The notes beneath the pieces are model-generated. The model saw only the letters and a program-made list of their open reading frames with translations, did not search any database and was not told the DNA's origin. Shown piece after piece: positions 56,714 through 64,000 of a stretch of 64,000 nt of DNA (the stretch's first letter is position 1; each line of letters opens with the position of its first letter). This stretch comes from an uncultured Lachnospiraceae bacterium (GTDB lineage: Bacteria > Bacillota > Clostridia > Lachnospirales > Lachnospiraceae). The position numbers and the translations under genes were made by a program. The DNA is taken from the NCBI GenBank assembly GCA_958402795.1, contig CATXUX010000009.1, positions 12,697-76,696 on the forward strand, given 5' to 3'.

Positions 56714-57508
56714 ATGAAGAAAAATGACACCCCTCTGACTGTGCGGCAGAAGATTTCGGAAGAGACGGATCCGGCATACCGCAAAAGCGGGGACCGGCGT
56801 CTGCCGTCCTACGTGGAGCTTTATAACTGCCTGTATCAGGACATCGTACAGGGCGTATATGAGACCGGAAGCCTGCTGCCGTCGGAAAATCTATTGTCAG
56901 AGAAGTATCATGTCAGCAGAAATACGCTGCGGCAGGCACTGGCGATCCTGCATCAGGATGGATTTATCTATAAAAAGCAGGGAAAAGGAACGGTGGTCAC
57001 GTATGACCATAAGAAAAAGAAGCCGCGCAGGATTTACAACTTCCTCGCAGAAGATGCGCTGGAAGAAGTCATAAGGGTGACCGCAGATTACAATTTCGGA
57101 CAACCTACCCTGATCGCGCGGGAGAAGCTGCAGATGGCGGACGGCGAAGAAGTGCTTGCGAGTAATAATGTATATATCAGTGAAAATGGTCCGATCGGGC
57201 AGAGTTTTCTGCAGATCCCGGTGCGGCTGCTGCACGAACAGCAGATTGATACCGGCTCGGAAGAGGAACTTTGCGGCTTTATGAATGAATCGGTTTACTA
57301 CATCGTCTCGGAGGCGGATATGACCATTCAGATGATGGAAGCAGACGAGCAGGTGGTGCCATACCTGGGAGTAGAGCCGGGAACGGTTCTGCTGCATTTT
57401 GAGCAATTGCTCTATGATAAAAAGAAGATGCCGGCAGCAAGGATCAAGTATTTTTTCTGCCCCGGAAAATATCAGATCCGGCTGCAGTGCGAAGGAGGCG
57501 GAAGATGA
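56714..57508 (+). CDS. GntR family regulator (UTRA-like C-terminus)
   Basis: LPSENLLSEKYHVSRNTLRQAL...QGKGT. Confidence 0.88.
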   Translation: MKKNDTPLTVRQKISEETDPAYRKSGDRRLPSYVELYNCLYQDIVQGVYETGSLLPSENLLSEKYHVSRNTLRQALAILHQDGFIYKKQGKGTVVTYDHKKKKPRRIYNFLAEDALEEVIRVTADYNFGQPTLIAREKLQMADGEEVLASNNVYISENGPIGQSFLQIPVRLLHEQQIDTGSEEELCGFMNESVYYIVSEADMTIQMMEADEQVVPYLGVEPGTVLLHFEQLLYDKKKMPAARIKYFFCPGKYQIRLQCEGGGR

Positions 57509-59223
57509 ACCAGACAGAACGAAAACCGATCATTGAATTTGAACATTTTCAATTCCAGTATTTCAGTCAGGCAGAACCGACACTTTATGACATCAACCTG
57601 AAGATTTACGAGGGAGAAAAGGTCCTTATCGTGGGCCCGAGCGGAAGCGGAAAGAGCACCATCGGGAACTGCCTGAACGGACTGATTCCGTTCTCCTACC
57701 GGGGGGAGATTCAGGGAAGCCTGAAAATCGCCGGAAAAGAAACGCGGGAGATGAATATTTTTGAACTGTCCAAAAAGGTGGGGACGGTACTGCAGGACGC
57801 GGACGGACAATTTATCGGACTGACCGTCGGAGAAGATATCGCATTTGCCCTGGAAAATGACTGTGTCCCGCTGGCACAGATGAAAGAGACCGTGCAGAAG
57901 GTCGCGGATGTGGTGGACATGGGGAAGCTTTTGAAGTCGTCGCCGTATGAATTATCCGGCGGACAGAAGCAGAGAGTTTCCTTTGCAGGCGTTATGGTAG
58001 ACGATGTGGATATCCTGCTTTTTGACGAACCTCTTGCCAACCTAGATCCGGTGACGGGGAAGACGGCGATCGATCTGATCGACAGAGTCTGGAAAGAATC
58101 CAAAAAGACGGCTGTGATCATCGAGCACCGTCTGGAGGACGTACTGTACCGGGACGTGGACCGGATCGTGGTTGTGAACGAAGGAAGAATCGTTGCGGAT
58201 ATGACGCCGGATGAGCTGATGGCGGCGGATATCCTGACAGAACTCGGTATCCGGGAACCATTGTATGTCACGGCCATGAAATACGCAGGGATCCGTGTGA
58301 CGCCGGATATGAGAGCCGGACGGATCGATACGCTGGATACAGAACGGGTAAAAGAAGCACTCAAGAAATGGAATAAAGAGCAGACCAGACAGGTAAAACC
58401 CGAGGAGCGTCCGGTGATCCTGGAGGCAGAGCATCTCAGCTTCCAGTATACCAAAAAGCGGAAAATCCTTCAGGATGTGAATTTTCAGATCCGGGAAGGA
58501 GAAATGGTCAGCATTGTCGGGACAAACGGAGCCGGGAAGAGCACGCTCGCGAAAGTAATCTGCGGATTTGTGACGGAGGATGAGGGGACGATCTCCTACC
58601 GGGGACAGGACCTGAAAGGCCAGACGATCAAGGAACGTTCCCAGATCATCGGATACGTGATGCAGAACCCGAACCAGATGATCTGTAAGCCGATGATCTA
58701 TGATGAAGTCGCGCTGGGACTCCGGATACGGGGAATGTCAGAAACGGAGATCGAGCCAAAAGTCGATCAGGCGCTGAAAATCTGCGGATTGTCGCCGTTT
58801 AAAAAGTGGCCGGTGTCGGCGCTTAGCTTCGGGCAGAAAAAGCGCGTGACGATCGCGTCGATCCTTGTAATGGATCCGCAGATCCTGATCCTGGACGAGC
58901 CGACAGCCGGACAGGACTACCATCACTACACGGAGATCATGGAATTCCTGAAGGGACTGAATGAACAGGGCGTCACGATCCTGATGATCACGCATGACAT
59001 GCACCTGATGCTGGAATACACGCCGCATGCGATCGTGATCTCTGACGGAAAGAAGATCGGAGACGCCAGTGCGGTGGAGATCCTGACAAACGAAGCAATC
59101 GCCGAGAAGGCAAATTTGAAGGTCACGTCCCTGTATGAACTGGCGATCCGGACCGGAATTGAAAATCCGTCTGCATTTGTGCAGAATTTCATTGACTATG
59201 AGAGGGGGACGCACCGCCGATGA
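57505..59223 (+). CDS. ECF transporter fused double ATPase
   Basis: GPSGSGKS / LSGGQKQR and GTNGAGKS / LSFGQKKR. Confidence 0.92.
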   Translation: MNQTERKPIIEFEHFQFQYFSQAEPTLYDINLKIYEGEKVLIVGPSGSGKSTIGNCLNGLIPFSYRGEIQGSLKIAGKETREMNIFELSKKVGTVLQDADGQFIGLTVGEDIAFALENDCVPLAQMKETVQKVADVVDMGKLLKSSPYELSGGQKQRVSFAGVMVDDVDILLFDEPLANLDPVTGKTAIDLIDRVWKESKKTAVIIEHRLEDVLYRDVDRIVVVNEGRIVADMTPDELMAADILTELGIREPLYVTAMKYAGIRVTPDMRAGRIDTLDTERVKEALKKWNKEQTRQVKPEERPVILEAEHLSFQYTKKRKILQDVNFQIREGEMVSIVGTNGAGKSTLAKVICGFVTEDEGTISYRGQDLKGQTIKERSQIIGYVMQNPNQMICKPMIYDEVALGLRIRGMSETEIEPKVDQALKICGLSPFKKWPVSALSFGQKKRVTIASILVMDPQILILDEPTAGQDYHHYTEIMEFLKGLNEQGVTILMITHDMHLMLEYTPHAIVISDGKKIGDASAVEILTNEAIAEKANLKVTSLYELAIRTGIENPSAFVQNFIDYERGTHRR

Positions 59224-60053
59224 AAGCGAAACTGTTTGACTATATTGACAGGGACAATTTTATATTTAACCTTTCCGGACTGACAAAACTGATCTGCTTT
59301 ATCTGCATGACGTTCTCCGTGATGTTTTCCTACGATATCCGGTATATTCTGCTGGTGATGGTAATTTCGGTGATCATATTTAAAGCGTCGGAGCTGCAGT
59401 TTAAACAGATCAAACTGATGCTGATCTATGTGATCATATTCCTGCTGATGAATTTTCTGCTGACGTATTTGTTCAGTCCGCAGTATGGAACAGAGATCTA
59501 CGGGACAACGCACGAACTCTTCCGGTTTACGTCAAGGTATACGGTGACGCTGGAACAACTGTTGTACCAGGTCACAAAGATTACCAAATATGCTTCTGTC
59601 GTACCGCTCGGAATGATCTTTCTGCTGACAACGAATCCGAGTGAGTTTGCGGCGTCCTTAAACCGGATCGGGTTAAGTTACAAGGGAACCTACGCACTGT
59701 CCCTGACACTGCGCTACTTTCCGGATATGATCCGGGATTATCAGGACATTGCGCTGGCACAGCAGAGCCGCGGACTGGATCTGTCCAAAAAGGAGAAGGT
59801 CGGTGTGCGTGTAAAAAATATCATGAATATCTGTATCCCGCTGATTTTTTCCACACTGGACCGGATCGAACTGATCAGCAATGCGATGGATCTGCGCGGA
59901 TTCGGAAAGCACAAAAAGCGTACATGGTATGTGGCAAAGCCGATGAAGCGGGGGGACTGGATATCAATCGTGTTTGGGGCGCTCGTACTTGCCGGTTCTC
60001 TGTGCATGACGTTTCTGGTCAATGGATCCAGATTCTGGAATCCATTTGTGTAA
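59220..60053 (+). CDS. ECF transporter T component
   Basis: LRYFP, AQQSRG, AMDLRGFG motifs. Confidence 0.92.
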   Translation: MKAKLFDYIDRDNFIFNLSGLTKLICFICMTFSVMFSYDIRYILLVMVISVIIFKASELQFKQIKLMLIYVIIFLLMNFLLTYLFSPQYGTEIYGTTHELFRFTSRYTVTLEQLLYQVTKITKYASVVPLGMIFLLTTNPSEFAASLNRIGLSYKGTYALSLTLRYFPDMIRDYQDIALAQQSRGLDLSKKEKVGVRVKNIMNICIPLIFSTLDRIELISNAMDLRGFGKHKKRTWYVAKPMKRGDWISIVFGALVLAGSLCMTFLVNGSRFWNPFV

Positions 60054-60166
60054 CCGGATCCAAGGTGATCGGTGATAGCTTGCGGCGGTGTGCCGCGCAT
60101 ATATAAAATGATGATGTTGGGGTCAAAAGTCCCAAACTATAATATCGACAGAAAAGAGGATGAGCG

Positions 60167-61009
60167 ATGAAACCAATCTTAGTTTTTCAGACAGACTTTA
60201 CGTATAAAGAAGGGGCGGTCAGTTCCATGTACGGCGTTGTAAAGAGCGTTGACAGAGAACTGGAGATCATGGACGGGACGCATGAACTTCCGCAGTATGA
60301 CACATGGAGCGCAAGCTACCGTCTCTACCAGAGCTTACAGTTCTGGCCGGAGGGGACGATCTATGTATCGGTTGTGGATCCGGGTGTCGGGACCAGCCGC
60401 CGTGCCTGTGTGGCGAAGACGGTGGACGGCTATTATATCGTGACGCCGGATAACGGATCGCTGACACACGTAAAACGGATGATCGGGATCGAGGCGGTAC
60501 GGGAGATCGATGAATCGGTCAACCGCCTGCGCGGAAAAGGAACAGAAGGCGTTGCGATCTTCCACGGCAGAGACCTGTTCGGATACACGGCAGCGCGTCT
60601 GGCAAGCGGGATCATTGACTTTGAGGGCGTAGGGCCGGAATATCCGGTAGAAGAGATCGTAGAACATGAGATCCTTGAGCCGACTGTGGAGCCGGGAAAA
60701 GTACAGGGAATTTTTGAGATCAATGATCCGAATTTCGGAAACCTCTGGACGAATATTCCGTTGAAGCAGTTCGAAGAAGCCGGTTTCGCATATGGAGATT
60801 ATGTCAATGTAACCGTCCGCTGTGAAGGAGAAGTGAAGTTTGAACAGCGGGTTCTGTTCCACAAGAGCTTCGGATACGCACAAAAAGGGGAGCCGATGAT
60901 CTACAATAATGAACTGATGAAAGTGGCGATGGCGGTCAGCCAGGGGAGCTTCTGCGATCAGTACGGGTTGAATTACGGACCGGAATGGACGGTCGAATTT
61001 ACCCGATAG
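60167..61009 (+). CDS. SAM hydroxide adenosyltransferase (DUF62), paralog 2
   Basis: QTDF, THEL, VVDPGVGTSRR, PDNG, IFHGRDLF, FGNLWTN. Confidence 0.9.
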   Translation: MKPILVFQTDFTYKEGAVSSMYGVVKSVDRELEIMDGTHELPQYDTWSASYRLYQSLQFWPEGTIYVSVVDPGVGTSRRACVAKTVDGYYIVTPDNGSLTHVKRMIGIEAVREIDESVNRLRGKGTEGVAIFHGRDLFGYTAARLASGIIDFEGVGPEYPVEEIVEHEILEPTVEPGKVQGIFEINDPNFGNLWTNIPLKQFEEAGFAYGDYVNVTVRCEGEVKFEQRVLFHKSFGYAQKGEPMIYNNELMKVAMAVSQGSFCDQYGLNYGPEWTVEFTR

Positions 61010-61133
61010 GTTTGTTAGATATCAGAAATGTACTTCTGAATCAGAAGAGCGTTTCTGTTGTCTATAGATTTGTTACTATTCAAAGTAACAGAGATTTTAC
61101 ACAGACATTTTTACTACAAAGGAGGAGAGATCA

Positions 61134-61697
61134 ATGGAGAAAAAAAGGTTTGAATTCAAAACAAAGACAATTGTTGCAACGGGACTTGGAGCAGCATTAT
61201 TTACACTGCTGTTTATGTATGTGAAGATCCCGACCGGAATCCCGGAGACGGATATTCAGACGGCGTACGGAATCGGAGCGTTTTTCGCGGCGCTGTTCGG
61301 ACCGATCGCGGGCGGACTGATCGCGTTCATCGGACATGCGCTGTCTGATTCAATCCAGTATGGTTCCGCATGGTGGAGCTGGGTGATCGCCAGTGGACTG
61401 ACCTGCTTTATCACGGGTCTGGTATATCCAAAGCTGCACGTAGAAGAAGGCGAATTCGGGAAAAAAGACATTCTCCGTTTCAACATTTACCAGATTGTGG
61501 CAAATGCAGTTTCCTGGATCGTCGTTGCTCCGGTTCTGGATATCGTGATTTATGCAGAGCCGGCAAACCTGGTATTTACACAGGGCGTTGTGGCGGCAAT
61601 CTCAAATGCGGTATCCGCCGGTGTGATCGGTACGATCCTGCTGGTTGTTTACAGCAAGACAAGATCCAAAAAAGGAAGCCTTAGCAAAGAAGCTTAA
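61134..61697 (+). CDS. ECF transporter S component (UPF0397/MtsT-like)
   Basis: IVATGLGAAL, FGPIAG...IGHALSD...WWSWVIAS. Confidence 0.85.
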   Translation: MEKKRFEFKTKTIVATGLGAALFTLLFMYVKIPTGIPETDIQTAYGIGAFFAALFGPIAGGLIAFIGHALSDSIQYGSAWWSWVIASGLTCFITGLVYPKLHVEEGEFGKKDILRFNIYQIVANAVSWIVVAPVLDIVIYAEPANLVFTQGVVAAISNAVSAGVIGTILLVVYSKTRSKKGSLSKEA

Positions 61698-61709
61698 GGA
61701 AAGGCATAC

Positions 61710-61742
61710 AAGGAAGAGCCTTCTTATGACTCTTCCTTTTTT
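61710..61742 (+). terminator. Terminator after the ECF S gene
   Basis: AAGGAAGAG...CTCTTCCTT followed by a T-tract. Confidence 0.7.
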
Positions 61743-61804
61743 GATAGTAATATTCAATTTAAAGAGGAAATAAAAAGCAGTTGAAAGTCCGGGAAGTTCC
61801 AAGT

Positions 61805-61986
61805 ATACTTATGATACCAGAGTCAAAAGGTCTGAACTCTCATGAGCTTGCTCATGGATGGGTGAAAGACCTTGGGACTCGCCCCAATATGAGGATAAAA
61901 GTGGGGCGTAAGCCACACGATATCCGAATGTTGGGTAGGATTGTGGAAGTGCGTAGCACGAAACAATCCGGAGGTATCATACTTAT
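61805..61986 (+). other. Four-way-junction structured element (ncRNA or MITE-like)
   Basis: Closing stem TATGATACC/GGTATCATA encloses three interrupted hairpin arms; ATACTTAT direct repeat at both ends. Confidence 0.65.
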
Positions 61987-62010
61987 AAACGATACAAGGA
62001 GGGCATGGCG

Positions 62011-64000
62011 ATGGGCAATACAGAACTTTCCGGACGGGTGACGATCCCGACAGATCTGGACGTGATACAGGAGACGAAGGAAATTCTGCAGCTGTGGGGG
62101 GCGGATGCGCTCCGGGACTGTGACGGGACGGATTTTCCGGAGGAACTGCGGGGACTGGATGCGAAGGTTTATGCGACGTATTATACCACACGCAAGGACA
62201 ACGCGTGGGCGAAGGCGAATCCGGATGAAGTACAGCAGATGTATATTATGACAGACTTTTATAATGCGGCAGAGCCAGTGCTGCGGATTCATCTGATGGA
62301 TCATCTGTACCCGGACATGCTGAAGGTAAATGACCGTGACGATGTTACGCGGTGGTGGGAAGTCATGGACCGGACGACCGGAGAGACAGTGCCGTACGGA
62401 ACGTGGCGGTATGAGGAAGAAACCGGCGACGTAGTGATCGAACCGGCCCGCCTGTTCCACGACTATACCGTGAGCTTTCTGGCATATATCATGTGGGATC
62501 CGGTACATATGTACAATGCAGTGACAAATGGCTGGAAAGATGTGGAGAAGCAGATCACGTTTGACGTGCGGCAGCCGAAGACGCATGCGTATTCGATCCG
62601 GCGGCTTCGCAAATTTCTGGAAGAAAATCCGCATGTGGACGTGGTGCGGTATACGACCTTTTTTCACCAGTTTACGCTGATCTTTGATGAACTGGCGCGG
62701 GAAAAATATGTGGACTGGTACGGCTATTCGGCGTCGGTAAGTCCCTACATTCTGGAACAGTTTGAACGGGAAGTGGGATACCGGTTCCGTCCGGAGTACA
62801 TCATTGATCAGGGATATATGAACAATCCGTACCGGATCCCTTCGAAAGAATTTCAGGATTTTCAGGCGTTCCAGCGCCGGGAAGTGGCAAAGCTCGCGAA
62901 GGAACTGGTGGATATCACACATGAGTACGGGAAAGAAGCGATGATGTTCCTCGGCGACCACTGGATCGGAATGGAGCCGTTCATGGACGAATTCCAGTCG
63001 ATCGGACTAGACGCTGTGGTCGGCAGCGTGGGGAATGGTTCGACGCTCCGGCTGATCAGCGATATCAAAGGAGTAAAGTATACGGAGGGACGTTTCCTGC
63101 CGTATTTCTTCCCGGACGTGTTCCATGAGGGCGGTGATCCGGTAAAAGAGGCGAAAGAAAACTGGGTGACGGCGCGCAGGGCGATCCTGCGCAGTCCGAT
63201 CGACCGGATCGGATATGGCGGATATCTGAAGCTGGCGCTGGAATTTCCGGACTTTGTCGATTATGTGAAGAGTGTGTGCGAGGAGTTCCGGGAATTATAT
63301 GAAAATATCAAAGGAACAACGCCATATTGTGTGAAGACTGTGGCTGTGCTCAACTGCTGGGGAAAGATGCGCGCATGGGGCAATCATATGGTACATCATG
63401 CGATTTACCACAAAGAGACGTATTCTTATGCCGGGATCATCGAGGCGTTAAGCGGCGCTCCGTTTGATGTAAGATTTATCAGTTTTGACGATATCCGCGC
63501 GGATGAACATCTGCTGGACGATGTTGACGTTCTGCTCAATGTCGGAGATGCGGATACCGCGTACACAGGCGGGGAAAACTGGCTGGATGAGCGGATCGTG
63601 ACTGCCGTAAAGCGCTTTGTTTATGAGGGCGGCGGTCTGATCGGCGTGGGAGAGCCGACGGCGCATCCATGGCAGGGGCGGATCTTCCAGCTGGCAGGCG
63701 TGCTCGGCGTGGAGCAGGAAAACGGCATGACGCTGAATAAAGATAAATATAATTGGGAACCCCATGAGCATTTTATCACGGAGGACTGCCGGGGAGAGAT
63801 TGATTTCGGAGAAGGAAAGAAAAATATTTATGCACTGGACGGCACAGAGATCCTGATTCAGCATGACCATGAGATTCAGATGGCGGTTCACACGTTCGGG
63901 CAGGGCAGGAGCGTGTATATCAGCGGACTGCCGTACAGCTTTGAGAATAACCGTCTGTTATACCGTGCCGTGATCTGGGCGTCCGGTGATGAGGAAAATC
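62011..64000 (+). CDS. gnpA: 1,3-beta-galactosyl-N-acetylhexosamine phosphorylase (GH112), partial (runs off the window)
   Basis: Read by hand because it is absent from the ORF track: MGNTELSGRVTIPTD...WGADALRDCDGT, WDPVHMYN, TTFFHQF, VDWYGY, GDHWIG, PYFFPD. AAGGAGG RBS. Confidence 0.92.
   Translation, partial: MGNTELSGRVTIPTDLDVIQETKEILQLWGADALRDCDGTDFPEELRGLDAKVYATYYTTRKDNAWAKANPDEVQQMYIMTDFYNAAEPVLRIHLMDHLYPDMLKVNDRDDVTRWWEVMDRTTGETVPYGTWRYEEETGDVVIEPARLFHDYTVSFLAYIMWDPVHMYNAVTNGWKDVEKQITFDVRQPKTHAYSIRRLRKFLEENPHVDVVRYTTFFHQFTLIFDELAREKYVDWYGYSASVSPYILEQFEREVGYRFRPEYIIDQGYMNNPYRIPSKEFQDFQAFQRREVAKLAKELVDITHEYGKEAMMFLGDHWIGMEPFMDEFQSIGLDAVVGSVGNGSTLRLISDIKGVKYTEGRFLPYFFPDVFHEGGDPVKEAKENWVTARRAILRSPIDRIGYGGYLKLALEFPDFVDYVKSVCEEFRELYENIKGTTPYCVKTVAVLNCWGKMRAWGNHMVHHAIYHKETYSYAGIIEALSGAPFDVRFISFDDIRADEHLLDDVDVLLNVGDADTAYTGGENWLDERIVTAVKRFVYEGGGLIGVGEPTAHPWQGRIFQLAGVLGVEQENGMTLNKDKYNWEPHEHFITEDCRGEIDFGEGKKNIYALDGTEILIQHDHEIQMAVHTFGQGRSVYISGLPYSFENNRLLYRAVIWASGDEEN

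Noticed and set aside
61010..61133. SAM riboswitch upstream of the ECF S gene
   Set aside because: No S-box core sequence is seen; only a short TGTTAC-N8-GTAACA palindrome.
61852..62961. 369-aa - strand ORF (also 63448-63891)
   Set aside because: Antisense shadow of the GH112 gene.

Overview
This is a chromosomal window from a low-GC Gram-positive gut anaerobe, probably Lachnospiraceae-like. That assignment is inferred from the T-box, TPP and preQ1 leaders, the ECF transporters and the gene content. From left to right the window contains seven blocks. (1) The 5' end of an AT-rich surface-polysaccharide locus (pyruvyl transferase, LicD, GT2) headed by a LoaP/NusG-paralog antiterminator with a long structured leader. 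(2) Two tandem Rpn-type PD-(D/E)XK nuclease paralogs, each apparently carrying an intragenic RBS and start for a C-terminal heptad-repeat mini-protein, beside a XerC/D-like recombinase and a degenerate recombinase fragment. (3) A preQ1-riboswitch queuosine-salvage operon (queK-ECF S-queL). (4) An AAA/DUF4143 gene preceded by four direct repeats at an exact 33-bp period, then MATE, an acetyltransferase, TPP-controlled thiW-thiC, an AAA-nuclease and a Trp T-box ABC transporter. (5) A roughly 31 kb glycoside-catabolic region with GH3 enzymes, MFS, a tannase-like hydrolase, an Fe-S flavoprotein plus orphan HypA, three metallo-beta-lactamase-fold hydrolases, a CobW-like GTPase, GntP, AtuA/DUF4387, patatin, SDR, TetRs and a LytTR two-component system, with several decayed genes. 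(6) An unannotated Fst-like type I toxin-antitoxin locus and a gutted vapBC. (7) fucO, an ECF cluster with two SAM-hydrolase (DUF62) paralogs, and the start of a GH112 phosphorylase preceded by a four-way-junction element. No rRNA, tRNA or CRISPR array was seen. All protein-family calls come from motif recognition by eye, not from database searches.
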